Shown: positions 38,335 to 58,189, numbered from the stretch's first letter. The stretch: DNA of 64,000 nt from Eledone cirrhosa (GCA_964016885.1 OZ024761.1:12028001-12092000); one strand, 5' to 3'. Notes: generated from the letters alone by a model not told the origin. A program made the numbers and translations.

Positions 38335-41300
38335 TCATCATCATCATCATCAACGTTTAACGTCCGTGTTCCACGCTTGCATGGGTTTGGACGGGGGTAG
38401 TCCCACTTGAGGCAAGAGTGATTGTCTTGCTCGCATAGGACTGTCTGGCAGGTTTTCTACAGTTGGATGCCCTTCCTAACACCAACCACATTTACAGTGT
38501 GGGTCTGGGAGGTTTTTACCGTGTTGCCTACACGGCCACATTACAGCGTGGACTGTGTGTTTTTTTGTCATGACACCTACACGATCTCATTTGTTTCGGC
38601 CTGGATGGCGCGGCACCAACATAACTTTACATAGGACGGGGTGGTGTGGATGGGTGGGGGTGGTGGCGGGACGGGGTGTATTTTGTTAGAGATGCCTACT
38701 GGCAAGGCGGGTCTTCTCTGTTACTGAGTACCGCCAAAGGTCTCGGTCCAGTGACATTGTCTTGGAGAGGTGTAAGTGTGTGAGGTCGGAGTTTATCAGC
38801 TCGTCCCAGGTTTTTCTAGGTCTGCCTATTCCGTGGCTACCGTCTATCTTTATTGCCCTGCACTTTGTTATACAGCTATCGACTTTCATGCGCATCACGT
38901 GTCCATACCAACGTAGCCTTCTCTCGAGTAAACAACATCTGATCCCTCTTATCTCTAATGTTTTCCTTAGTTCGTTTATGCTTTGCCGTTCACGTATATT
39001 ACTGTTACACATCCAGCGGAGCATGCAAGCTTCGTTCCTCTCTAGTCTGCGTATATCTTCTGCACACAATGCCCAGGTCTCACTGCCATGCAACATTGCT
39101 GTTCGTATGCAGGCATCGTACAACCTGCCTTTCATTTTTAGGGAGAACTCTTTAGCAGCTAATAGTGGTATAAGCTCTCTGAACTTTTTCCAACCAGTTC
39201 TGACTCTAGCTACAGTACTTTCAGAGCACCCTCCCCCACTGCTGATTTTATCGCCCAGGTAACGGAAGCTGTCCACTATTTCTATAGAACCCTCTGCGCA
39301 ATTGAAAGAGCTAGTATTTTGTGGGCACTTGCTGCTACTTATTGCACCAGAACACCGGCCACATGTAAAATCTATGTTCTTAGTTAGCTTACCTGTGATC
39401 CCACTACATCTTTTATGCACCCATACTTTGCATTTAGGACATAAAATGGAGTTTCTACCTACGCCTTTCCTACACACCGAGCACGACCATTTCCCAGAAG
39501 GGACCGCCACCTTGTTTTCTTTCCTACAAACTAGAACTTTGGTCTTAGCCATGTTAATTTTAAGTCCTTTTGACTCTAGGCCGTGCTTCCATGTTTGGAA
39601 TTTCTTCTCTAGCTCGGCCATTGATTCCGCTATGAGTGTCAGGTCGTCTGCGTATAGGAGTTCCCATGGGCAGCCTGTCTTGAACTCCTCTGTTATAGCC
39701 TGAAGGGCAATAATAAATAGTAGGGGGCTGAGAACAGAGCCCTGATGGACGCCAACTTTTACGCTAAACTCTTCACTATATTCGTTGTTAATTCTAACCT
39801 TGCTGACTGTTTCTTTATACATGGCTTGTATAGCCCTCACAAGCCATTCGTCAACGCCTAGTTTTCTAAGAGCCCACCAGATAATGGAGCGGGGGACTCT
39901 GTCGAAGGCTTTCTCCAAGTCGACAAAAGCTAAGTAGAGGGGTTTACCTTTAGCTAGGAACTTCTCCTGTAGTTGTCGTACTATGAAAAGAGCGTCTGTG
40001 GTACTTTTGCCTGACACAAACCCGAACTGCATTTCATCTAGGTCAATTCTCTCTCTGATTAGTTGCGCTATTACTTTTTCCGTGACCTTCATGACCTGGT
40101 CGATTAATTTAATGCCTCTATAGTTACTCCTATCTAGGGCGTCTCCTTTACCCTTATAACAGTTAACGATGATGCTGCTATGCCAGTCCTTCGGAACAAC
40201 CCCATTCTGTACGACATGGTTAACTATGCGAGTGACCATGGTGTGTCCCACCGTGCCAGATGCCTTCAGCATCTCAGCAACTATTTCCGAAGGCCCAGCC
40301 GCCTTACCTGTCTTCATATCCTTGATTGCCTTACTTATTATACTCCCCTCGACTAACACTGCTGGTCCCTCTATTGGGTCGATATGGGGGAGACTGTCTT
40401 TCTCCCATTTATTCTCCTCATTTAGTAGCCTTTCATAGTGACACTTCCAAGCTACCTTCTTATCAGTGTCGGTGATGGCAAGTATGCCATCATCGTTAAG
40501 TACACACTTCTCCCCGACAATATCACGGTTTTCCTTGACGCATTGCCTAGCAATCCTGAACACCTCACGTTTTTGGTCATCACGTTGTAGGACATGCTTG
40601 AACTTTCTCTCCTCAGCTTCCCTTCTTGCTAAGTACACTTCTCTCCTAGCTTCCCTCCTGGCCACTTGATAGTCTACTCTACTTCCCCCATCCCGCCATA
40701 CTTTCCAAGCCTGCTTTTTGGCCTTAATTGACCCCTCCACCTTACTGTTCCACCACCATGTTACTCTCCTCCCGCCTACAGGCCTGCTCCAGCCACAGAC
40801 TTCGTCTGTCGCCAACAGCAGGTTTGCTTTCAGAAATTCCCACTGTCCCTCTATATTGTCCGACTCTAAATGTTCTTCCTTACTGTCGAAAGCATCAAGT
40901 AATATGTTTTGAAATTTATTTTTGGCTGTGGGGTCCTTTAGCTTCCATATTTTTCTCCTGAGGATAGTCCTCTTCTGCTGTCGAGTACGTCTCGTCCTGA
41001 CTATGAGGTCGCTAATTATCAGTCTATGTTAGGAGGTGCATTCTTCATGGGGGAGGGATTTAGTGTTTACAACAGACACTCTGTCACGTCTTCTGGTAAG
41101 GATATAATCTACCTGGCTTGTGTGTTCCCCGGATCTATAGGTGATCAGGTGATTGTCACGTTTTTTGAAGTTAGTGTTACAGATAGTTAGGTTATTTGCA
41201 TCACAGAATTCCAGGATTCTGGAGCCTTCCTCATTTCTAGTACCAAACCCATAGCCTCCATGGATTTCGTCGTAGCCGTCACAATGTTGTCCAACGTGAC

Positions 41301-41779
41301 CATTTAGGTCGCCTGCAATAATTATATAGTCACTGTCAGATATTTGGGAGGTAGTGAGCATCAGTGTCTCATAGAATCTGTCTTTTATAGTGCCGGGCAG
41401 TCCGGATTGGGGTGCGTACGCAGATATTACTGTCACCGTAGTTCTATTGAGGACAAGTCGTATTTTAATTATTATGTCGTTCACTCTATTTACGTCTATT
41501 ATCTTATCTGCCCACTTTTCTGCTACCATGATTCCTACTCCACCCAGCCCATCGTCGTTTCCCACCCAGAAAAGCTTATAACATCGTTTTTTACCCTCAA
41601 TGAATCTAGCAGACCCACCCCTCCACCTGGTCTCTTGAATACAACAAACATCGACCTCCTTACGTTCAAGCATTTCTACAACCTCGTTAGCGCGACCCTT
41701 TAGGGTGCCTACATTTATGGTACCAACTCTGAAGTTTTGGATTGCGTTTGGAGGGTGGGGGTGGTGGGGGGGGCGGGGA
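38331..41779 (-). mobile_element. RTE-clade LINE, near full-length, with (GAT)n tail, inserted in (TA)n
   Basis: APE plus RT ORF, 3'UTR at 38340-38685 and (GAT)n tail. Confidence 0.92.
38686..41750 (-). pseudogene. RTE ORF (APE endonuclease, RT, internal PHD finger) broken by one in-frame TAA at 41029-41031
   Basis: APE motifs GTINVG, IQETRW, GDLNGHVG and QVDYIL. RT motifs NYRGIKL, QFGF, FVDLEKAFD, GVHQGSVLSP, LYADD and FRYLG. The frame is continuous across the stop (HEECTS*HRLIISDL). Confidence 0.92.
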
Positions 41780-41808
41780 TATATATATAAATATATATAT
41801 ATATAAAT

Positions 41809-41839
<31 letters not shown>

Positions 41840-41909
41840 AATAAATATATATATATAAATAAATATATATATATAAATAAATATATATATATAAATAAAT
41901 ATATATATA

Positions 41910-42480
41910 TCATCATCATCATCATCATCAACGTTTAACGTCCGTGTTCCACGCTTGCATGGGTTTGGACGGGGGTAGTCCCACTTGAGGCAAGAGTGAT
42001 TGTCTTGCTCGCATAGGACTGTCTGGCAGGTTTTCTACAGTTGGATGCCCTTCCTAACACCAACCACATTTACAGTGTGGGTCTGGGAGGTTTTTACCGT
42101 GTTGTCTACACGGCCACATTACAGCGTGGACTGTGTGTTTTTTGTCGTGACACCTACACAATCTCATTTGTTTCGGCCTCGATGGCGCGGCACCAACATA
42201 ACTTTACATAGAACGGGGTGGTGTGGATGGGGTAGGGGTGGGGGTGGTGGGACGGGGTGTATTTTGTTAGGGATGCCTACTGGCTGGAGTAGGTTTTACT
42301 ATATATTTAGGTAAGGCGGGTCTTCTCTGTTACTGAGTACCGCCAAAGGTCTCGGTCCAGTGACATTGTCTTGGAGAGGTGTAAGTGTGTGATGTCGGAG
42401 TTTATCAGCTCGTCCCAGGTTTTTCTAGGTCTGCCTGTTCCGTGACTACCGTCTATCTTTATTGCCCTGCACTTTGTTAT
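41910..42480 (-). mobile_element. RTE 3' fragment
   Basis: Encodes [11 protein letters not shown]...DLWRYSVTEK followed by the 3'UTR and (GAT)n. Confidence 0.9.
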
Positions 42481-42916
42481 ATATAAATAAATATATATAT
42501 ATATAAATAAATATATATATATATATATATAAATAAATATATATAAATAAATATATATATATATAAATAAATATATATATATAAATAAATATATATATAT
42601 ATATAAATAAATATATATATAAATAAATATATATATAAATAAATATATATATAAATAAATATATATATAAATAAATATATATATATATATAAATAAATAT
42701 ATATAAATAAATATATATATATATAAATAAATATATATATATATAAATAAATATATATATATAAATAAATATATATATATATATAAATAAATATATATAT
42801 ATAAATAAATATATATATATATATAAATAAATATATATATATAAATAAATATATATATATATATATAAATAAATAAATATATATATATATAAATAAATAT
42901 ATATATATATAAATAA

Positions 42917-42947
<31 letters not shown>

Positions 42948-42956
42948 TATATATAT

Positions 42957-42991
<35 letters not shown>

Positions 42992-42996
42992 AATAA

Positions 42997-43029
<33 letters not shown>

Positions 43030-43449
43030 TATATATATATATATATAAATAAATATATATATATATATAAATAAATATATATATATAAATAAATATATAT
43101 ATCCACTGAAAGTTTTCATGAAATAGTCTTTGAAGACTATACAGAGCATTTGATGTTATTCCAAATTGAAGGATAAGTGTTTCAAACTGTATTTTATCAT
43201 GAGTTAAAGGTCTATAGATTTTTCCCTGGATTTTACTAAATTCTGTGGATGAATTTATATCCTGATTCTCTTTTGAGATGAGTTTGAGTTATTTTTCCTA
43301 AATCTTTCGTTAACTACTTTTCCCATCTTGACGTTATAGTCGCATATATGTTATAGAATGCCGTTAGCTTCTTGCTAAAACAATCTCTATACCTCTCATT
43401 TATAAATAAATATATATATATATATAAATAAATATATATATATAAATAA

Positions 43450-43480
<31 letters not shown>

Positions 43481-43513
43481 TATATATATAAATAAATATA
43501 TATATATAAATAA

Positions 43514-43544
<31 letters not shown>

Positions 43545-43555
43545 TATATATATAA

Positions 43556-43596
<41 letters not shown>

Positions 43597-43623
43597 TATA
43601 TATATATATATATAAATAAATAA

Positions 43624-43654
<31 letters not shown>

Positions 43655-43669
43655 TATATATATAAATAA

Positions 43670-43700
<31 letters not shown>

Positions 43701-43703
43701 TAT
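42481..43703. repeat. (TA)n/TAAA compound microsatellite tracts (42481-43102 and 43400-43703)
   Basis: Direct reading. Confidence 0.9.
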
Positions 43704-43899
43704 GATTTATTATCTTTTGGTCGTTTTAGAAGCCTCAACAATGCAGATGGGTAATTCTCCGGGTAACAGGATCCGGTGGTGAAGAGGGAGATGTAAGGGG
43801 TGTAGTATGAGATGTATAGTGTGTAGAGGAATGTAGGAAAGAGCGTAAGAAATAAAAAATAACAACACAAGATAGAGTTACCTTGGGAGAGATTTAATT

Positions 43900-43937
43900 G
43901 TCCCTATATTTCGGATTCACATCCATCAACTGGGGGG
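43900..43937 (-). ncRNA. Degenerate minimal hammerhead in a pLTR-like remnant
   Basis: Minus strand CCC-CAGTTGA-T-GGAT(GTGA)ATCC-GAAA-TA-TA-GGG, with two core mutations. Confidence 0.45.
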
Positions 43938-44039
43938 TTTTCCGGGGGGTGGGAAAGGTTATCTGTTGGAGAGGAATGGAACGTGTCCTCTGTTGTTGGC
44001 TGTTTGTGTCTAAATATATATATGTGTGTGCGTGTTTGT

Positions 44040-50862
<6,823 letters not shown>

Positions 50863-50970
50863 ATATATATATATATATATAATGGAAAAATTTGAACAGG
50901 GACAAAACAGAGAGGCAGTACAATAAATGTTTATTAATTTCACGCTCAGGAGAGTGGGGGGTAAGTGGGG

Positions 50971-51006
50971 GACGACGTTTCGGGCATAAGCCCTTCTTCA
51001 GGTGAG
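50971..51006 (-). ncRNA. Minimal Penelope-type hammerhead in a pLTR remnant (~50880-51530)
   Basis: Minus strand CTGAAGA-A-GGGC(TTAT)GCCC-GAAA-CG-TC, with palindromic ACGT stem III and a very short stem I. Confidence 0.7.
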
Positions 51007-52079
51007 AAGTGTGTGGGAACAGAGTTCAAAAGGTGTGTGGGGGAGTGGTGGAGAGACATATAGCGAAAGGAAACGGTGCGAATGAAAAAAAACAAATAAA
51101 GATAAAAAATAAAAATAAAGCATGATCAAAATACAAGGAATGAGAAAATTTAAAAATAAAGGCATGATCAAAATAAACTGAAATTAAAAGGGGGGTAAAC
51201 AGGTGGTGGAAGGGTGGGGGGTGAGTAGGGGTGGTGGCGGATGGAGTGGGGAGAGGGAGACGGGGTGTCCGAGCGGGGAGGGCTGAGGGTGGTGTGTGTG
51301 TGTAGGTGTGCGTGTGTGTGTGTGTATGTGAAAGTAAGGGTTGGGGGAAAAACGGGGTTGCATGTTCAGGAAGGGGTGTTTGTGGGGGGGTGTTTTTGTG
51401 GGTCGGAGTGTCTGTGTGTGTGTGGATAGGGGGGTGGGGGGGGAGGAATCAGGAGGCTGAGGGTGTAAATATGTAGTGGGAAGCACGTGTGTGTGGGGTT
51501 TAAGCGTGTTGTGGGTGTGGGTGGACATATATATATACACACATAATTATATGTGTGTGTGTCAGCAACCATAAAGACAATTGCTCCAATAAAACCACCT
51601 CAGCCATAAATTCAATATCAAGAAAACCAACCCATGCACTACTAGAAGATTCTTAATTTATTTATTTATCTGTCAACAGCGTCCTTACTTTTCTTACACA
51701 CACGCGATCCCCTTTAACTTATTGAAACTTATTGATAGCCTCTTGTCTTATTTTTTTAATTTTATTTTATGTATATATATATACACACGCACACACATAT
51801 ATATTTTATATACGTATATACATATATATATATATGTATATATATCATTTTATTTTATTTTATTTTATTTTATTTTATTTTATTTTATTTTATTTTATTT
51901 TATTTTTTTTTAAAATACTGATGAAAAATGCTTGTGATTACTGCGTTGCCTTAGTTCTCACACACAGAAATGGTGTCACAAAGTCTTGCAGCATCATCTC
52001 ACTCCTTCAACTGTTTTGTCAAAGTTTCACAACAATGTCCTACTGTGCCAATTCCAGTTGCTAGTCTGCTATTGTCTGG

Positions 52080-52157
<78 letters not shown>

Positions 52158-52394
52158 CATACATGCATATATATAAAGAATGAATAATAAGTGTAGTAAT
52201 TAACCATTACTACATCTTGGATAATCCTATACCTAATACATGCATATATATATACATACATGCATATATATATATACATACATGCATATATATATATATC
52301 TTCCCAAACCCATGCTAGCGTGGAAGATGGACGTTAAACGATGATGATATATACATACATGCATATATATATATATATATATATATAATTCAAT

Positions 52395-52920
52395 ATAACG
52401 AAGGAAATGTGGTAAGGAACCAGATGACCATAACGCACCAAAGTACTCAATACTTAGGGTAGTAGAGTGGGTAATAGGAACAAGTATGACCCCGGCGGCA
52501 GAGCTCAAGCTATTTCTGGACTAAATAAGTATTTTTAGTTTTTTTACTCCCTTTCGATTTACCTATTCTTTCACCCCCCCCCCTCTTCTCCAGTACACTT
52601 TTTTCGACCTTCTATACACTATCCTTAGAATCTGCTGTATAGATTTCACTTTCAAAGCTTCACTGGGTTTCCCCCACTCCCTCTTTGTTCTACCAGCAAG
52701 TTCAGCCACCCCTACCTCTCACTAAATGCCATGATACATTCATCTGTCTTTACAACAAACTTTTGACCAATCCTCTCGACAATTACTATCTTACCAAACA
52801 AGGAAATACCCCCTGAGAAGTTCGGCTATTTATTTACCAGGCTAAAAATTCTTATTTAGTCCACTAATAGCCGTCAAAACGGCTTGAGCTCTGCTGTCGG
52901 GGTCATACTTGTTCCTATAA
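52395..52920. mobile_element. Fold-back pLTR remnant of the 31544 family with a decayed hammerhead at 52808-52903(+)
   Basis: 52400-52540 is the reverse complement of the 31620-31730-type sequence. The plus arm reads ACCCC-CTGAGAA...AAAA-CGGC..GCTG-TC-GGGGT. Confidence 0.72.
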
Positions 52921-53377
52921 TTCAATATAATAGAGATAAACACAGATATATACATATCTGTGTTCAAAATTATAAAGGACCAAATTCGCTATGGTTCCTT
53001 ATAATTTAAACACAGATATGTATATATCTGTGTTTATCTTTATTATATTGAATTATATTACACGGTCGGGAAAAATATTTTCCTTGAGCTATTTTAATTG
53101 TAAGGGACTATTCCAAGTTTCTAACTCAATATATACTTTTGATATATATACACACACATTATGTATATATATATATATATATTTAGGTTTGTTGGTTCAC
53201 CACTGGATAGAACTAGTCATTCCGTATGGTCAACCTTGATGAATTATTAGGGAGAGTACTCAACGTAATGCAACTCACCCGTCTGCCCGGTCAATGAAAT
53301 GATCATAGTATAATAAACCTCTTAAGGAATTACACCAGTCTAGCCTCCTGTTATTTTATAATTATATATATATCTAT

Positions 53378-53725
53378 GGAGGCACATGGCTTAGTGGTTA
53401 GAGTATTGGCCTTGCAATCGAAAGGTTGTGAGTTCAATTCTCAGACCGGGTGATGTGTTGTTTCCTTGAGCAAGACACTTTATTTCACATTGCTCCAGTT
53501 TACTCAGCTGTAGAAATGAGATGATAGGGACTGGGGTCCCTATCATTCCACTGCAAAGTGGTCGTGGAGGTGTCACGGCAAAAAAAAAGCACCCAGCACT
53601 CACTGTAAATGAGGTTGGTGTTAGGAAGGGCATCCAGCTGTAGAAATCAAGCCAGAATCAGTTCCCGTCCCACCCTTGCAAGCAGGGAAAAGTGGACGTA
53701 AAATGAAATGAAATGATGATGATGA
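53378..53725 (+). mobile_element. Full tRNA-derived SINE with RTE-type tail
   Basis: GGAGGCACATGGCTTAGTGG (A-box), GAGTTCAATTC (B-box), CCTTGAGCAAGACAC core, shared RTE tail and (GAT)n. Confidence 0.85.
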
Positions 53726-53911
53726 TATATATATATATATAAATGAAAATAGAGAAATTAATGTGAGCAAGAAGCCAACAGTAATTCATACATATAAGTG
53801 ACTATTACGTCAAGATGGAAAATATTTAACGTAAGATATGGGAAAATAATTCAATCTCAATTCAAAAAAAGTCAAGACAGAAATTTTATCCACAGATTTT
53901 GTGTAATCCAT

Positions 53912-53944
<33 letters not shown>

Positions 53945-54174
53945 ATTGTTTCTACTTTTGCTACAAGGCCAGCAATTACCCTAGGGAATCCACTGTTACT
54001 TTATTCTTTATTTTATCGACCCCTGAAAGGATGAAAGACAAAGTTAACCAAAATATTAACAATAATAATGGTTTCTTTTATTAGCCACAAGGGCCAATAT
54101 AGGGGACTATACAATAGATGGGGACAGTGGGGGGTTTACATATAAAACCTGTAAAAAAAATATTAATAGTAATA

Positions 54175-54358
54175 ATTGTTTCTACTTTTGGCACAAGGCC
54201 AGCAATTTACCCAGTGCATTACTGGTACTTTATTTTATTGACCCCATAGGGATGAAAGGCAAAGTTAACCTCGGTGGGATTTGAACTCAGAATGGCAAGG
54301 GCCGTAACTCTATGCGTCAAAGCATGGCGTCCGACCCTCTACCAATACTGCTAATCCA
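54175..54358 (-). mobile_element. Nin-type tRNA SINE (partial copy also at 53945-54050)
   Basis: Reverse complement of the 9825 SINE. Confidence 0.8.
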
Positions 54359-54389
54359 TTAATATTAATAATAATAATAATAATATATA

Positions 54390-54708
54390 TGTGTTGTTTC
54401 CTTGAGCAAGACACTTTATTTTACGTTGCTTCAGTTTACTCAGCTATAGAAATGAGATGATAGGGACTGCGGTCCCTATCATTGGTCCCTATCATTCCAC
54501 TGCAAAGTGGTCGTGGAGGTACCACAGCAAAAAAGCACCCAGCACTCACTGTAAATGAGGTTGGTGTTAGGAAGGGCATCCAGCTGTCGAAATCAAGCCA
54601 GAATCAGTTCCTGTATGAGCAAGCCATGGTCACTGCCCACAACAGGACAACCCGTCTAACCTATGCTAGTGTGGAGGAACGGACGTAAAACGGTGATGAT
54701 GATGATGA
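54390..54708 (+). mobile_element. 5'-truncated RTE-tailed SINE
   Basis: Matches 53455-53725 and the 30541 copy. Confidence 0.8.
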
Positions 54709-54841
54709 ATATATGGTATATGTTAGGTTATATTGGAGTTTACCAATATATGTCCTTGTAGAGATTATAGAAGCTCTATGCTAATCAGTATCCTTGGTCC
54801 AGCAGTAACTGGAAAAGTCTGAGGGAGTTTTATATATATAT

Positions 54842-55428
54842 ATCATCATCATCATCACTGTTTAACGTCCGTTCTTCCACGCTAGCATGGGTTAGACGGG
54901 TTGTCCTGTTGCGAGCAGTGTCCGGTCGGCTGACCTTGTCTTGCTCATACGGGAACTGATTCTGACTTGATTTCTACAGCTGGATGCCCTTCCTAACACC
55001 AACCTCATTTACAGTGAGTACTGGGTGCTTTTTTGCCGTGGCACCTCCACGACCACTTTGCAGTGGAATGATAGGGACCCCAGTCTCCGAACTCATTAGA
55101 CGTGTCCGTCGAACCTGCGGGTACAGAATCAGACAGATCCCCACAATGATCGCGTCTCGAGCTATCTGCCAGCGAAACAATTGTAACACACAATAAATTG
55201 AGTCCAGATGCATCACTGATTTTTCGCTTTCTATTCTATATATATTAAAGGAACGATCGACATTTGTCAAATCGGACCGAGGAAACAATGTTTCCATTGG
55301 TCTTTCCAGTTGCTAATGTTATCTATCGGTCGCAACTCCAGGTAGAAGGAGCAATGTGAAATAAAGTGTCTTGCTCAAGGACATAACGCATCGCCCGGTC
55401 TGTGAATCGAACACACGACCTCACGATA
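54842..55428 (-). mobile_element. RTE-tailed SINE with an extra ~260-bp internal segment
   Basis: The tail and core match the other copies. 55085-55345 is absent from them. Confidence 0.7.
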
Positions 55429-55578
55429 TATATTTATATATATATGTGTGTGTTAAAGTTCTATTGTACATATATATAGATATATAAGTATATATATATA
55501 TATATATGTCATTCACTATTTTGTAATGATTAAATGCTCGGATTTATTCTTTGAATGTATATATATATATACATATAA

Positions 55579-55642
<64 letters not shown>

Positions 55643-55756
55643 GTATATAAATGTGTATAAATACAGCCAGATGGCTGGAACAGGTCAAAGAGTAAAAGAG
55701 TATATATATGAGTCTATAGATATATATGTATGTATGTATATATATATGTATATATA

Positions 55757-55910
55757 TATTTCGTTATATATATTTCTGGGATATCATATTAAATGGAAGT
55801 TGCATTATTCTAAGGTATGTCAAAATTATTTATAAAACAGCTTATATATTGTATTTTGTCTGAGGAAGGCATACCATATTTTTAATATGATATCCCAGAA
55901 ATATATGTAT
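55757..55910. mobile_element. Fold-back pLTR remnant with a hammerhead motif at 55852-55910(+)
   Basis: Inverted arms TATTTCTGGGATATCATATTAAA / TTTAATATGATATCCCAGAAATA. TATTTTGT-CTGAGGA...GAAA-TATA. Confidence 0.6.
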
Positions 55911-55980
55911 ATATATATATATATTTAATACTTATTGGAACACTTAGCTATGTTAGGAAAAAAAGTGCTAATATCTAAAG

Positions 55981-56127
55981 CAAAGATTCTCAAACTTTTG
56001 GAGCCACCGCCCCCCTCACAGCCACATAATACCATCAACGCACCCCAAGCCTATTCCCCCCCCCCCCCTGGATCTTCTCACCCCACCCCCACCCCCGGCG
56101 GGGTAGCACCCACTTTGAGAACCTCTA
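55981..56127. mobile_element. hAT-type MITE
   Basis: Imperfect TIRs CAAAGATTCTCAAA / TTTGAGAACCTCTA flanked by a perfect 8-bp TSD, ATCTAAAG (55973-55980 and 56128-56135). Confidence 0.8.
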
Positions 56128-56683
56128 ATCTAAAGGGTGGTGCTTTCAGACGTAGAAAGTGCCCAGGTACCATGCACTTTGCACTTCAAATACAGAAGCG
56201 GAACAGCAAAAATATGCAAGACTTCCAAAAAATTTAACAAGGAAATTAATCTGAATAGGGAAGCTGAGGTTTCTAAATATTCTCTTCCTCCCTGATTTTC
56301 TCACTGGTGTATGTATGTGTGTATGTATATACTGGATACTCAATCGCGTGGTAAACCACTGGGAGTGAAGGACCCCTAGCCCTTGTCGGGGCATTCTTCT
56401 AGGCGAAGGCAACTCAGGAAACTGGGATAACTCCGACATAAAACCTGCAGCTCAGTAGTTACCGATGATGTTGATCTATTCTTCTATTCGGGTTATAGCT
56501 ACTGTCTCTCAGAGAGTGGGATTGGCTCAGTGCCGTCTTTCCTCACTTTAAAATATATCTTCACGCTCAGGCATTGCACGATAGAATTAATTGATAATTA
56601 TTAATAATGGTATATCGTGCAATGGCTATACTTGATAACGAGGGGGTTGCCATCATGTATATATATACATATATGTGTGTGTG

Positions 56684-56723
<40 letters not shown>

Positions 56724-56761
56724 ATGCTAGCGTGGAAGATAGACGTTAAACAATGATGATG

Positions 56762-56797
<36 letters not shown>

Positions 56798-57167
56798 TCA
56801 TGTATGTATGTGTGAAACAGTCAAGATGTTATTATCAGTGTGTATCAAATTCTCAGAGTATGTATGACTTCGACTTAAAGTTTTGAAATGAGGACCCCCT
56901 CCCCCCTCCACCATCCCACCAAATAACAACAACAACAACAACACCATCTCCATATCTGAAGTTATATGTAATATATTGTTGTAACATATATATTTGTGTG
57001 AACTGAATTATTTCATTTATTTTAACTTTATATTTTAGAAATTGTATGTATTTGTTATTCCAAGAATTTTCTCATTCTTCCAGTTTCAAAGACCTCCTTA
57101 ATATCTATTATATAGAGGGTGTCCCCAAAAATAAAGATTTGAATTGACAAACCATATGAAAAATTAA

Positions 57168-57618
57168 CCCTTTTTATAGAGTAACGTTATTCCAAGGACC
57201 TTTTGGAGGAATCCCAATTTCTTCCGCTTGTATTCGTGATCCCATTCTTTCAGTCAGAACTCAAGAATGATGACCAAAAGTTAGGCTTGGCATGAAAATT
57301 TAAAATTGCTGGTTTTTGTTGAAAATTTGAAACCGTTTGAAGCTGATGCTGGGATAATAATTTAATTGACTTGTTACTATATTTTTAATGAAATACATCC
57401 CTTATTTCCTTCAATTAATTTTGAAACTAATCAAGAATTTAGAAGTATTTAGTAATATAACTAACTTTGTTATTATTAAGCTGGTTTTTGGAGCATAACT
57501 TAAAGGTTCTTACACAGAATGATGATGGAAAGCTTTTAGATAAATATAAACACTTGAAAAAAAAGAAGTTTTGCTTGGGTTAGAGGTGGGAGGTTTTGGC
57601 AGTTTGATATGAAAGGGG
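57168..57618. mobile_element. Possible piggyBac-like MITE
   Basis: TTAA-CCCTTTTTATA ... TATGAAAGGGG-TTAA: short imperfect TIRs with TTAA on both sides. Confidence 0.5.
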
Positions 57619-57926
57619 TTAAATATATATATACAGCTTATAGTAGTAATATAATGTGTGTATGTGGGACCTGTGTCTATGTATGTGGAGCCTGCGTCTG
57701 TATGTATGTGTCTCTATATGTATCTTATTGTGTGAAGTATATATGTATGTGTTTACATTCAAAATCACATAATCATATATATATATATTTATATATACAT
57801 ATACATACATACATACACATATACACACACACACACACATATATATATATATTTGTAAATATAAATACACACATATATATATTTGTAAATATAAATACAC
57901 ACACACATATATATATATATATACAC

Positions 57927-57979
<53 letters not shown>

Positions 57980-58143
57980 CATAAACACATATATACACAT
58001 GCATATATACACATACACATATGCATATACACACATTTCGATATGTATTCAGACACCTGTTAGTTCTGTGAGGTAGACTAGCAAACAATTCAATTAGCTT
58101 GAAAAAAATCAATGATATATTTATATATATTTATATTTATATA

Positions 58144-58180
<37 letters not shown>

Positions 58181-58189
58181 TCATAGAGG

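Noticed and set aside
53378-53450. tRNA genes at SINE heads
   Set aside because: A/B boxes are present but run into SINE bodies, and no complete cloverleaf is evident.
56340-56560. RTE-like 5'UTR or HDV-type ribozyme candidate
   Set aside because: The resemblance is impressionistic and I could not build the nested double pseudoknot by eye.
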